This document shows positions 16,547 to 26,370 of a stretch of 64,000 nt of DNA, piece after piece. The notes beneath the pieces are model-generated. The model did not search any database. It was not told the origin of the DNA and saw only the letters and a list, made by a program, of their open reading frames with translations. The stretch covers positions 195,030 through 259,029 of the forward strand of contig CBDFLQ010000005.1 of assembly GCA_965249275.1 (NCBI GenBank), in the 5' to 3' direction. The position numbers and the translations under genes are program-made. The stretch is from Dehalococcoidia bacterium. GTDB taxonomy: Bacteria > Chloroflexota > Dehalococcoidia > Plut-88900. Position 1 is the first letter of the stretch. Each line of letters begins with the position of its first letter.

Positions 16547-17797
16547 CTACTTCTCCTGGTTGCACCAGTCCATCGCCGCCAGGGCATACGTCTTCGCCAG
16601 CTGCACCATGCTCGGCACTATGACGTAGGAGTCGGGCTCACCCTTCTGGTCCCGGCCGTTCTCGGCGCCCATCAGGCACACTGGAATACCCGCCTCCCAA
16701 ATGTGGCAGCTGTCGTTGCCCGCATAGGATTGGGTCAGTATCGCCCCTATCTTGTCCGGCGCCCGACCCGAAACCTTACGGTAGGCCTTCTCCAGGTTCT
16801 GCACTATCACGTTGTCTTTGGGCACGTCCATCGGGTTCATGAACACCGTCATCACCTTGTACTCCGGCGGCACCGGCGTCACGATTTCGTACTCGAAGGT
16901 CGGGTCCTCTTCCTTGATCTTGCTCAGTGCCCGGTCAAGGTCTGCCTTGACCGTCACGTGCGACTGCCCAGGCACGATCCTCGCATCGACTATCACCGTG
17001 CAGTAGTCACAGGTGAAGTTCGGCCCTTTCAGGTCGTGGTTCCTCCCCCTCCCCCCGATTATCGTCCCAGCGATAATCCGTGGCAGATCGGGCAGGTCGG
17101 GCCTGTGCTCGTAGGTGAATTCTACGTTCTTGATTGCCGGTATGGCCTTTGTCATCATCTCCAGGGCGTCGACGGCCAGATGAGAGCGGCTCACGTGCTG
17201 CGACTGCCCGACGGTGCTGATAGCCAGCTCCACGACTCCTGCGTGAGTCGTCATTATGTTGTCTCCGTCGCCCGTGGGCTCCGCGACATACGCTCCGTCA
17301 GTTCTCAGTCCTTGGTTCAAGGCGTAGACCGTCCCCACCCCTCCCTGTAGCTCCCCGACAACGCACGCCACGACAAGGTCGCCCTTCATCGGGGCCTTGG
17401 CCTTCCGAATAGCCTCGGCAGCGGTGATGATCGCCGTCACGCCGCCCTTCATGTTGTTGATCCCAGCACCGTACAGCCGGTCCCCTTCCCAACTGGGAGT
17501 GAACGGCTCCCGCACCCAGCCCATCGCCAGCGGGTCGATGTCTATGTGCCCGTTCAGCATCAGGCTCTTGCCCCCACCCGACCCCTTCAGCGTCGCTATC
17601 GTCTGATACCGACCCGGCTCCACTTCCTGCAAATCTACCTCATACCCTCTGCGACGGAAGAACCCGGCCAGGAACCTTGCAACTTTCTGCTCTTCCGTCT
17701 TGAAGCTAGGCATGGAGATCAGGTCGCTGGCCAGCTTGACTGTCTGCTCGGTCTTGATCTGACGAAGGACGCGTTCCTCGACCGCTTGGTCAACCAT
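16547..17797 (-). CDS. M20-family metallopeptidase / deacylase, paralog 3
   Basis: Start moved to the ATG at 17797, preceded by GGGAGGT. Collinear with the other two paralogs (LMLNGHIDIDP, NMKGGVTA, VVGELQGGVGT). Confidence 0.85.
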   Translation of the reverse strand: MVDQAVEERVLRQIKTEQTVKLASDLISMPSFKTEEQKVARFLAGFFRRRGYEVDLQEVEPGRYQTIATLKGSGGGKSLMLNGHIDIDPLAMGWVREPFTPSWEGDRLYGAGINNMKGGVTAIITAAEAIRKAKAPMKGDLVVACVVGELQGGVGTVYALNQGLRTDGAYVAEPTGDGDNIMTTHAGVVELAISTVGQSQHVSRSHLAVDALEMMTKAIPAIKNVEFTYEHRPDLPDLPRIIAGTIIGGRGRNHDLKGPNFTCDYCTVIVDARIVPGQSHVTVKADLDRALSKIKEEDPTFEYEIVTPVPPEYKVMTVFMNPMDVPKDNVIVQNLEKAYRKVSGRAPDKIGAILTQSYAGNDSCHIWEAGIPVCLMGAENGRDQKGEPDSYVIVPSMVQLAKTYALAAMDWCNQEK

Positions 17798-17931
17798 TCT
17801 TACCTCCCGAGACACATGGGTTCTTTAGGAAGAAGGACTGTTTGCCCTTCTCAAGGACGAGGCGAGTATATTATCAGCCCCGACCACAAACAAGCCGAAA
17901 CGCCACTCCACCCCCGTAGGTGCACCCCCTA

Positions 17932-19589
17932 GGAGCCTGTCTCACAAGTGGGGTGGGGTGTGGCAAGAGTGAAGGGCTAGATGGGGTGTCATTTGAGCAA
18001 TGATCGGTCACGACGACTCATGCCGGGTGGCCGATGATTGAGTTGCGCACCAGCGATGGGATGAGATTGCGGCCCCATATGCGGGTTGTCCGGCCGTGCC
18101 ATACCCGCCACAGGGTGCGCAGATTGAAGGCCGAGGCCAACAGGCCCCACTCGGCGGCCACGTTGTTGAGGCCCCGCAGCAGGAACCTACGCGCCGCCTG
18201 TTGCTCTTTGATGATCCCGAACACCGGCTCTACCAGCCCCTTCCTGCGACGGTACAACTCTCTGGCTTCATCGCTGCCCATCCAGGACCGATGACGACGC
18301 AAGGCTGTGTCGTGGGGCCCTATCTCAAGCCCTCGCCCATGTCGGCCGTCCCTCGTACACACCCCGAAGACCGGGCACCCTCGGCAGATGGCCCCCGAGG
18401 CCCGGTAGAGCCTCATCGGCATCCCACGGGTGCGCTTGATTCGGGTGAAGCGTAGTCGTTGTCCTTGCGGACAGATGTAGCTGTCGGTATCCTCATCGTA
18501 GGCGAATCGGTCCTTGTGATAGGGGCGGCCCAGTGCCCGACGCTGTGCCTCAGGCATCACAACTTTCTGCTCTCTGCGCCCACACTGCTGCAGATTGCTC
18601 CCTGAGTGATAGCCCGCATCGGCCAGCGTCGTCTCAGACCTGAGGCCGGTGGTCTCCTCCGCCCTCTGAAGCATTGGAACGAGTTGGGAATGGTCGTCGG
18701 GATCATCGGCTACCTCTACTGCAGTGATCAACATGCCCTTCCCGCCTGTGTCGGTCTTCGTCGGCGATACCATCGCCTGTGCGTTGTAGCAGGGCGCTAT
18801 CCCCCGGCGAGTCCTCATCAGACGTGCGTCTTTATCCGTGAGGTTTATCTGTTTGATCTCACTGCGCTCCGAGAGTTCGTCCATAGCTCGGCGCACCTTC
18901 TCTCTCAGCGCCGTCTTCTCGGTCAACTCATCAGGCAGATGGACGGGTGCGGCATCCTCCCCCGTCTCGTTCTCAGCCTCCAGTTCCTTCAGCGACTGCT
19001 CCACACGCCTCAGCAGACGCTCCAATCCTTCTCCATCCAGGCTCCTGTCTCCCGTCGCATTCGCACCCACCTTCGTGCCGTCCACTGCCTGCAGCGTCAG
19101 GTCGATAAGGTCCATCCCGAGCGCCGTTTGCACTGTGCGCTTCAGCAGTTTACGCATCGACTGGCGATTGCTCTTGTAAAACCTCCACAGCGTGTTGTGA
19201 TCTGGACGCTGCCATCCCGTCAACCATAGATACGGTATCTGGTCACGGCAGGCCCCCTCCAGCTTGCGGCTCGACCTTACCCCCGTCATGAATCCGTACA
19301 GCCACACCCCCAACATTGCCCTGGGATGGTACGCCGGCGCTCCCGTCCAGCTTCCGTCAATGTCTACTCCCATCTCTGCCCAGTCCTCCCGTCCCAGTGC
19401 ATCGACGAACTCCGCCACGAACCGCACAGGATGATCTTCCGGCACCATCTCATCCAGGGTCGGTGGCAGCATCCACACCTGCTCTCGTCCCATCGGTCTC
19501 AGTGGCATCTCCATAACCTCCACTCAGAGCTTCTCCCCTCCTAGTTTACCCTCATGCATAAACCTCCACTCCCTTTTGAGACAGGCTCC
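17932..19589 (-). mobile_element. IS1182-family insertion sequence (~1.66 kb) with imperfect ~25-bp terminal inverted repeats
   Basis: Left end GGAGCCTGTCTCACAAGTGGGGTGG. The right end reverse-complemented reads GGAGCCTGTCTCAAAAGGGAGTGG. CTA sits immediately outside both ends (17929-17931, 19590-19592). Single transposase ORF inside. Confidence 0.85.
18018..19523 (-). CDS. IS1182-family (IS5-like DDE) transposase
   Basis: 501-aa ORF. N-terminus LPPTLDEMVPEDHPVRFVAEFVDAL (transposase DUF772-type) and C-terminal DDE region with ADAGYHS and VEPVFGIIKE. Confidence 0.85.
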   Translation of the reverse strand: MEVMEMPLRPMGREQVWMLPPTLDEMVPEDHPVRFVAEFVDALGREDWAEMGVDIDGSWTGAPAYHPRAMLGVWLYGFMTGVRSSRKLEGACRDQIPYLWLTGWQRPDHNTLWRFYKSNRQSMRKLLKRTVQTALGMDLIDLTLQAVDGTKVGANATGDRSLDGEGLERLLRRVEQSLKELEAENETGEDAAPVHLPDELTEKTALREKVRRAMDELSERSEIKQINLTDKDARLMRTRRGIAPCYNAQAMVSPTKTDTGGKGMLITAVEVADDPDDHSQLVPMLQRAEETTGLRSETTLADAGYHSGSNLQQCGRREQKVVMPEAQRRALGRPYHKDRFAYDEDTDSYICPQGQRLRFTRIKRTRGMPMRLYRASGAICRGCPVFGVCTRDGRHGRGLEIGPHDTALRRHRSWMGSDEARELYRRRKGLVEPVFGIIKEQQAARRFLLRGLNNVAAEWGLLASAFNLRTLWRVWHGRTTRIWGRNLIPSLVRNSIIGHPA

Positions 19590-19961
19590 CTAGCGGTTGC
19601 TCGTCCCTTCAGCTCCATCCAACTCCACGGCCTGCCGGATTATCCCTCCAAGGGCCGGTGCCTCCAGGTCCTCCACACTCCTGAGCTTCACGTGCCTCAT
19701 CCGCTTCCCCGTGCCCTCGATCAAACCGTCGGGGTTCGGGAGCAAGGCTCCTTGCCACAGCCCCAGGGTAACGTATTTGTCCGCCTGTGAAGCTATGTAG
19801 AAGATCCTAACCTTCTTTTCAAAGAACGGGTTGCCCCACTTAATCGACTCCCGTAAGTCGAGCCCAGCCTCCAGGAACATCCGACGTAGCTCTACTGCCA
19901 GAGGCCTCAGCCGCGTATCCACCTCAACCAACCAGTCGTCAAAACTCTTCTTAGACGGCAT
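19590..19961 (-). CDS. DUF1801 (YdhG-like) domain protein
   Basis: 123-aa ORF with ESIKWGNPFFEKK...YIASQADKYVTLGLWQG. The stop codon TAG (19590-19592) coincides with the IS flanking repeat. Confidence 0.6.
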   Translation of the reverse strand: MPSKKSFDDWLVEVDTRLRPLAVELRRMFLEAGLDLRESIKWGNPFFEKKVRIFYIASQADKYVTLGLWQGALLPNPDGLIEGTGKRMRHVKLRSVEDLEAPALGGIIRQAVELDGAEGTSNR

Positions 19962-19978
19962 AGTCGTATCCCTGTGCC

Positions 19979-20938
19979 CTATTTCGTGCCGGGAACCAGC
20001 GTGAGCAGGAACTGCAGCACCAGGTTGGCAGCGAGAAGCGAGGTTATTTCAGAAATATCGTAGGCGGGAGCCACCTCCACGATATCAAACCCAACCGCCC
20101 CGATACCCCTCAGGCTCTTGACCAGGGCCATCGCTTCCCGGCTGGTGAGCCCCGCCACCTCCGGGGTCCCGGTTCCCGGGGCGAAACCAGGGTCCACGCT
20201 GTCGATGTCGTAGGAGATGTGCACCGGACGACCCTTTGTGGCCGACCTTATCTTCTCGATAGTGGCATCGACACCCGTGTGCCAGAACTCCTCGCCCGTG
20301 ATCACGGTAATGCCCGCGGCCTTTACCTCCTCGACTATCCCCATTGAGGGCCGTCCCCGTATCCCCACCTGCACTGACGTCGCCGGGTCCATGATCCCCT
20401 CATCCGAGGCGATGCGGAACATGGAGCCGTGGTGTATAGGCATATCCTTGGGCGGCTCCCAGAAGTCGGGGTGTGCATCGAAATGGACGAGGGATATCTT
20501 CCCGTGCTTCTTGTACAGCGCCCTCAGAATAGGAAGAGAAACCGTGTGGTCTCCCCCGAGGCACACCGGGAAGACGTCCTGGGAGATGATATCCGTGACG
20601 ACAACCTCTATGCGCCTGACCGCCTCTTCAATGTACCCATAGGTGAGTTCGATATCTCCATAATCTACGATGCGGAGGCTCTTGAAGGGCTCGGTCAGCT
20701 CCGCCGCCTCCAGCCCGTGCTGCCCGACGTGCATGGACGCAGTACGTATACCCCTAGGCCCGAACCTCGCCCCCGAGCGAATGATGGTCCCCAAATCCAG
20801 CGGAAGCCCGACTATCGCCACGTCGGCTTTGGACAGGTCCCGGCTCCCGGGAATCTGCATAAAGGTGCTTGGGCTCCCGTATCGGGGCCCGTTTTGCCAC
20901 GCTTCAGGCATCAATCGATTTTCTTCAGTGTTACCCAT
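19979..20938 (-). CDS. agmatinase / guanidino-acid ureohydrolase (arginase family)
   Basis: 319-aa ORF with arginase-family Mn motifs LGGDHTVS, HFDAHPD and SYDIDSVDP. Confidence 0.85.
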   Translation of the reverse strand: MGNTEENRLMPEAWQNGPRYGSPSTFMQIPGSRDLSKADVAIVGLPLDLGTIIRSGARFGPRGIRTASMHVGQHGLEAAELTEPFKSLRIVDYGDIELTYGYIEEAVRRIEVVVTDIISQDVFPVCLGGDHTVSLPILRALYKKHGKISLVHFDAHPDFWEPPKDMPIHHGSMFRIASDEGIMDPATSVQVGIRGRPSMGIVEEVKAAGITVITGEEFWHTGVDATIEKIRSATKGRPVHISYDIDSVDPGFAPGTGTPEVAGLTSREAMALVKSLRGIGAVGFDIVEVAPAYDISEITSLLAANLVLQFLLTLVPGTK

Positions 20939-21056
20939 AAACCATTACTCCGGTTCTTGTCTGGTCACTTCCGGCATCGTTGCCGGAGATGTTAGCATAT
21001 CGCTGGAACATCCCGGTGCCGTGCGACTAGAGGTGGACAAACTCAGGAGGTGACCC

Positions 21057-22187
21057 ATGGCAACTTCTCTTATTGGAAGCTACGTTTCTGCGGATGGACA
21101 CGTCGTGGAACCGAAGGATCTGTTCTCTTCCCGCATGGACCCGAAGCTCGTGGAAAAGGCCCCTCACATCGAGTCCCGGGACTCCGGCGACTTCTATGTC
21201 ATGGAAGGCTTCGGAGAATTCGCCATCGGCCTTTCCGGCGAGGGCAGTGCAGCCACAGACAAAGCCGAGGGCAAGGAAATCCACATGGCTGGCCTCCGCT
21301 ATGATGACACCCGACCCGGCGCCTGGGATCCCGCCGCACGGCTCAAAGATCAGGACCTGGACGGCATCCGCGCCGAGGTCATGTACCCCGGTGTCTTTGG
21401 CCTCTGGTGCTATAACGCCTCCGACGCCGACCTACACATCGAAATCGTCCGCGTCTATAACGACTGGATCGCCGAGTTCAGCGCCTCCGCCCCCGACCGC
21501 CTGGTTGGCGTCGGCATCCTGCCTATGAGAGGTTCGACCGAAAGCAAAGTCGCCGAAGTGGAAAGGGTCGCCAAGCTTGGGCTCAAGTCAGTGATGCTTC
21601 CCCTGGAAGTGGAGGGCGGCTACGTCAACATGGAGGGTGGCGACCGGCTTTGGGCTGCCCTTCAGGACGTCGGGCTGCCCCTCGGATTTCACGTCGGCTC
21701 CAGCACCAAGTCGGTCAGCGCTGACAAGTACCGGAGCCTGGGAGTAGGCGTAGCCGTAATCGAGCAGAAGATCTGCGCCGTGGCCCGTGGCCTCACCGAC
21801 CTCATCCTCTCCGGCGTCCCCCAGTCCTTCCCCGGCCTCCGGTTCGTCATGGCCGAGGGCGGCATCGGCTGGATACCTTCAGTCCTACGTCTCAACGACC
21901 ACTGGTGGGAAGACCACCGGCACTGGATGGAGCCCAAGCTGGAAGAGGCGCCGAGCAGCTACTTCTTCCGCCAGTTCTGGGCCACTTTCGAAGACGACCG
22001 CGCCGGCCTCCTCACCCGGGAACTCCTCAACGTCGACCACCTGATGTGGGGGTCCGACTACCCCCACCCCGAGGGTGTCTTCCCCTTCTCAAGACAGCAG
22101 ATCGCCAAGGACTTCCACGACATCCCCGAACATGAAACGGTAAAGATCGTCGGCGACAACGCAGCGGCGCTGTACGGCCTGAATTAG
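21057..22187 (+). CDS. amidohydrolase-2 family protein (ACMSD-like metal-dependent hydrolase/decarboxylase)
   Basis: 376-aa ORF with N-terminal SADGHVVEP, LDGIRAEVMYP and C-terminal MWGSDYPHPEG. Confidence 0.75.
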   Translation: MATSLIGSYVSADGHVVEPKDLFSSRMDPKLVEKAPHIESRDSGDFYVMEGFGEFAIGLSGEGSAATDKAEGKEIHMAGLRYDDTRPGAWDPAARLKDQDLDGIRAEVMYPGVFGLWCYNASDADLHIEIVRVYNDWIAEFSASAPDRLVGVGILPMRGSTESKVAEVERVAKLGLKSVMLPLEVEGGYVNMEGGDRLWAALQDVGLPLGFHVGSSTKSVSADKYRSLGVGVAVIEQKICAVARGLTDLILSGVPQSFPGLRFVMAEGGIGWIPSVLRLNDHWWEDHRHWMEPKLEEAPSSYFFRQFWATFEDDRAGLLTRELLNVDHLMWGSDYPHPEGVFPFSRQQIAKDFHDIPEHETVKIVGDNAAALYGLN

Positions 22188-22383
22188 GATCTCCATCCGT
22201 AAACTTGGGGAACTGCTCGCCCTAAGCCTGTCGAAGGGTCGAGCGTAAGCGCATGCCTAGTGCGTCATTCCTGCGGAGGGCACATTTGTGCCTCTGGTAT
22301 ACAGGCTGCAAGTACGCCAAGCTGAAAGTTTTCCTCCGGCGGAGCGTGAGCCCATCCCCCCACTTGTATGCTACCCTCAACGC

Positions 22384-24540
22384 ATGAGAACTGCTTCCTT
22401 GGCCCTCCTTTTCCTCATCGCCGCCGCCCTCCTCTCAGCCTGCTCCACCGACCCGACGCCCACACTCATACTCACACGCACAGCCACTTCCCCGTCCCCC
22501 ACCCCTGTGCTGCCGGACACGCCAACACCCGTGCGTGCCGTTCCCCACATCCCAATCCCGACCAGGGAACCCACGCCGACGCCTAATGTACAGTCCACCT
22601 TGCCAACCCTCACACCCACGCCGAGCACCAGCGGAGAGGCGCGCGCTCTCCTTGCGTCGGGTGCAGCGGCCCTCAGCGAAGCCAAAGGTGCCGCCTTTCA
22701 AATAGACGCCACACTTCAAGCCGGGACCGAAAACTTTTCCATTAATTATTCGGGGGACTTTGCTGTAATACAGTACGTTTCCACAATTGCCACCGTGACA
22801 ACTCCTGAGGGAAACGTATTCAAGAGTCGCATAATCTCAGGATTCCACGAGTTCTATTTTTTCAATGAGACGACTCGAGAGTGGGAATCTTCAGACTATA
22901 GGGACGCGCCGTTTGTCACCAACATTGGCGCCCTTTTCGGATGGCGATGGGATATGCTTACCGGCTTGTCCCTCGGAGACCGAAAGACAATTGAGGGCGT
23001 TGAGTCTCAGGCGGTGTCGGGCCGACTGGATTCGCTACAGTTTAGTGGCCATCGTGGAGACTTTGAAGCTACTTATTGGTTCGGCGTGGAAGACAACCAT
23101 TTGAGGAAGGTCTCTCTATCGGGCATCATCCAACTCGACGAAGAATATTCAATTGTTGGTGTCGACGCTCAGCCCGGGGCCCAATTGTCCTTGGAATTGA
23201 CCGCCCGAGTGTTCGATCACGGCAAAAGAGTTCCCGTGCTTACACCGGACCCCTACTTTCCTGTCTATTCCGGTCACAAGGGGATACTGCTGGACGACGG
23301 CCGGGTCCTTATGGCGGGAGGATTTACCGGCTTCGTAGCCAACAACAACCTCATCATTCCCTCTCCTGTCGGTCCCGTCCAGATATACAACCCATCCACT
23401 GAAGAATGGGCTTTATTAGAGCCTATCGAAGGCCCAGGACTGCTCTATTCCATAGTCGAGCTGGTCGATAAGAAAATTCTCATGGTCGGAATGCGCAGTG
23501 ACGAAGAAGGCGAAGTTGTCCCTATGGCCTCTTTGTTCGATGCCGCCTCGGACTCTTGGACCGCCGCCCCGCGGCCCACTGCCCTGAGAGCCCAACCTAA
23601 CTTACTGCTGCTTCAGGACGGACGCGTCCTGATGACCGGAGGATGGGCCGTCACCGATAACGATGCCATGTTCTTCGCCGATCCCGAAAACTTGAACTCA
23701 TCCGAGATTTTTGAACCCTCCACCGGACTATGGACGCAAGCGGCGCCCACTCACAAGGTGATGGAAGGACAGAGGTTATCCTTATTGGAAGACGGCCGCG
23801 TCCTGGCGATCGGGACGGCAGGGGATGCATATGCCCCGACATCTCATGCAGAAGTATATGATCCCGCAACGGACGAATGGAGCGTCTTGGAAAGCTTGGA
23901 CCCCCACTATGTGCCCACCAATGTGGTCAGACTCGCCGATGGAAGGCTGCTGGTGACGGGCGATTACACCGCAACGGATAATGCGAGCATCGTACATCGC
24001 GCTGCTGGAGTAGTCACTCTCCAGCTTCCCGACGGTACCCTCCTAACCTTTGAGTATGACGACACCGGGATACAATCTGTCCAGCTTCCCGACGGCACCC
24101 GAATATCCAATGCGGACTTCGGGGCCCGGTTCTTTGGGGCTAAGTTGTATGATCCCTCCATCGACCTTTGGGCCCCCGCGGGAATGACGGCCCCTGCTGG
24201 ACTGATGATCCACCCACGAGAGGCAGCCACTTTGACCCTACTATCCGACGGACGAATACTAGCCGCTGGAGGGGTGAAAGTGGTTCTACCGTGGAGATTC
24301 TTCCGCACTCAAGACCCTTCTAGCGAAGACCCAACATTGATCTCCTTCACCGAAATCTTCGATCCGGTTACCGGTCTGTGGTCATTGGGGCCTGAGCTCT
24401 CCGAACCGCGAGTGGACCACTCTGCAACCGCGCTGCCCGATGGACGCGTGTTGATTGCCGGCGGCATCGGCTTAACTCGGACAGAGAACCCGGAGATTTA
24501 TCCGCTGGCTGCGTCCGAAGTTATAGACCCTAACCCTTAA
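22384..24540 (+). CDS. lipoprotein with Kelch-type beta-propeller repeats
   Basis: Start placed at MRTASLALLFLIAAALLSAC (lipobox). PT-rich linker, then repeated DGRVLMAGG / DGRVLMTGG / DGRVLAIG / DGRLLVTG / DGRILAAGG / DGRVLIAGG blades. Confidence 0.7.
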   Translation: MRTASLALLFLIAAALLSACSTDPTPTLILTRTATSPSPTPVLPDTPTPVRAVPHIPIPTREPTPTPNVQSTLPTLTPTPSTSGEARALLASGAAALSEAKGAAFQIDATLQAGTENFSINYSGDFAVIQYVSTIATVTTPEGNVFKSRIISGFHEFYFFNETTREWESSDYRDAPFVTNIGALFGWRWDMLTGLSLGDRKTIEGVESQAVSGRLDSLQFSGHRGDFEATYWFGVEDNHLRKVSLSGIIQLDEEYSIVGVDAQPGAQLSLELTARVFDHGKRVPVLTPDPYFPVYSGHKGILLDDGRVLMAGGFTGFVANNNLIIPSPVGPVQIYNPSTEEWALLEPIEGPGLLYSIVELVDKKILMVGMRSDEEGEVVPMASLFDAASDSWTAAPRPTALRAQPNLLLLQDGRVLMTGGWAVTDNDAMFFADPENLNSSEIFEPSTGLWTQAAPTHKVMEGQRLSLLEDGRVLAIGTAGDAYAPTSHAEVYDPATDEWSVLESLDPHYVPTNVVRLADGRLLVTGDYTATDNASIVHRAAGVVTLQLPDGTLLTFEYDDTGIQSVQLPDGTRISNADFGARFFGAKLYDPSIDLWAPAGMTAPAGLMIHPREAATLTLLSDGRILAAGGVKVVLPWRFFRTQDPSSEDPTLISFTEIFDPVTGLWSLGPELSEPRVDHSATALPDGRVLIAGGIGLTRTENPEIYPLAASEVIDPNP

Positions 24541-24575
24541 TTTCCTAAAACCCTATATAGCCTAATGAACAGGCT

Positions 24576-25409
24576 CTAAGGCCGCCAAGCCTCGGGAATC
24601 GGGCCGCTGGGCGGGTATCCACCCTGGTCGTCGTGGGTCTCCTCTCCAACCAGCGGAGGATTGAACACGCTCATCAGGTAGAAATCGGTGTTCGCCTGTA
24701 TCTGGTGCCGGTCCTTGGGCCCGACTACGTATACCGTCCCCGGGGCAAGGTCCCACTCCTCCCCTGTCGTCTGGTCCTTCACAGAACCTTCGCCCTCCAG
24801 GATGTAGTTAGCCTCCACGTGGTTCTGGTACCAGAGGACAGTGCTCTTGCCCGCAGGGGCGCGGGGCGTAGATATTGTGAAGCCGCACCCGTCTTCCTGG
24901 GTGAGGTATCGATAGGCGTTCGCGCGGCCGTGGCCTATTACGATTACCGGGATGTCTTCCAGTCTTTTCACGTACATAGTTCGGCCCGCATCACCCTGCC
25001 AGGCAGGGGGGATATCGCCGGTTGGGGGGAAGGCGCCGTCCGCGTCGTGTCTCTCATTACCCATCACGGCGGGGCTGAAAATACTGACCAAGTGGACATC
25101 AGTCTTGGCCGTTAGACGATGTCTATCCTTAGGCCCGACCACGTACAGTCCTCCGTCCTCCAGGTCCCAACTATTGCCGTTGCTCAGGTCTGTCACCTCG
25201 ATGACCCCTTTGATGATCAGATTCCCCTCCACGTGGTTCTTGTAGTGAAGGTCGATGGAGAATCCCGCCGAGAAACGGACGTCGGCAAGGGAGAAGCCGC
25301 AACCGTCGGCCTTAGTCAGGAGACGCCTGGCATGCAACACCTTGTCGCCGTCGCGTCGCACCATCTCTTTGTCGGTCCCGGCCAGATCATCCAGCCTTCT
25401 TGCGAACAT
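24576..25409 (-). CDS. fused di-EctC (two ectoine-synthase-like cupin domains), tandem copy 5
   Basis: 277 aa. Both halves align to the EctC pattern (M.VR.L.DL.GTD...HYKNHVEG...GLYVVGPKDRH...VF.P...G.E.HD.DG.YPP). GGAGGTG lies upstream of the ATG. Confidence 0.8.
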   Translation of the reverse strand: MFARRLDDLAGTDKEMVRRDGDKVLHARRLLTKADGCGFSLADVRFSAGFSIDLHYKNHVEGNLIIKGVIEVTDLSNGNSWDLEDGGLYVVGPKDRHRLTAKTDVHLVSIFSPAVMGNERHDADGAFPPTGDIPPAWQGDAGRTMYVKRLEDIPVIVIGHGRANAYRYLTQEDGCGFTISTPRAPAGKSTVLWYQNHVEANYILEGEGSVKDQTTGEEWDLAPGTVYVVGPKDRHQIQANTDFYLMSVFNPPLVGEETHDDQGGYPPSGPIPEAWRP

Positions 25410-25514
25410 AATTGCACCTCCAAATGATGTGGCCGCTCATATGTCGACCCCCCAGCGGAGGATCTTGGGCAGTACGAGCGGCCACCTGGTCCGCGGAATT
25501 TTCTGCCTATCGCG

Positions 25515-26348
25515 CTACGGCCGCCACCCCTCGGGGATGGGGCCGGTGGGTGGGTAACCTCCCTGGTCGTCGTGGGTCTCGCCACCGTATATTGGCGGGT
25601 TGAAGACACTCATCAGGTAGAACCCGGTGCTGGACTTCAACTGGTGCCGGTCTTTAGGCCCGACCACGTACAGCGTGCCCGGGTACAGGTCCCACTTCTC
25701 GCCAGTTGTCTTGTCTTCGACGGAACCCTCGCCTTCGAATATGTAGTTGGCCTCGACGTGGTTCTGGTACCAGAGGACGATGCCATCGCCCGCAGGGGCG
25801 CGGGGCGTGGATATAGTGAACCCGCACTCGTCATCATGGGTGAGGTAGCGGTATGCCTTGGTGCGCCCGTGGCTTATGCCGACCACGCGGGTCTCCGAGA
25901 GCCTTCTTACGAACATGGTCCGGCCGGATTCTCCCTGCCAGGCGGAGGGAATCTCGCCGGTAGGCGGGTAGGACCCGTCGGCGTCATGCCTCTCGTTGCC
26001 CATTGTAGGGGGGCAAAACACGCTGACTATGTGCGCATCTGACTTGGCCGTACCCCGGTGCCGGTCCTTCGGGCCGACAACGTAAAGGTCCCCGGGGCCC
26101 AGGACCCAGCTGTCGCCGCTGGTCAAGTCAGTCAACTCCATTTCGCCGGTAACGATGAGGTTTCCCTCCACGTGATTCTTGTAATGCAGGTCTGTGGACA
26201 TGCCCGCAGAGATGCGGACGTCGGAAAAGGAGAAGCCACAGCCGTCAGCCTTGGTGAGCAGGCGCCTGCCCTGAAGTTTCTTGTCGCCGTCGACCCGCAG
26301 CATCTCCTTGTCCGTTCCGGCCAGGTCTTCCACTCTTCTAACGAACAT
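25515..26348 (-). CDS. fused di-EctC protein, tandem copy 4
   Basis: Start moved to MFVRRVEDLAG (ATG at 26348, GGAGGTG 6 nt upstream). The track ORF extension to 26447 overlaps the upstream gene. Confidence 0.8.
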   Translation of the reverse strand: MFVRRVEDLAGTDKEMLRVDGDKKLQGRRLLTKADGCGFSFSDVRISAGMSTDLHYKNHVEGNLIVTGEMELTDLTSGDSWVLGPGDLYVVGPKDRHRGTAKSDAHIVSVFCPPTMGNERHDADGSYPPTGEIPSAWQGESGRTMFVRRLSETRVVGISHGRTKAYRYLTHDDECGFTISTPRAPAGDGIVLWYQNHVEANYIFEGEGSVEDKTTGEKWDLYPGTLYVVGPKDRHQLKSSTGFYLMSVFNPPIYGGETHDDQGGYPPTGPIPEGWRP

Positions 26349-26370
26349 AACTACACCTCCGGGTTTGGTC

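Noticed and set aside
22225-22290. Another REP-like word (CTGTCGAAGGGTCGAGCG...GCGTCATTCCTGCGGAGGGCAC) upstream of the Kelch lipoprotein gene
   Set aside because: Only one copy is seen in this window. Its similarity to the 37-bp family is limited to GTCATTCC, so it cannot be called a repeat from this sequence alone.
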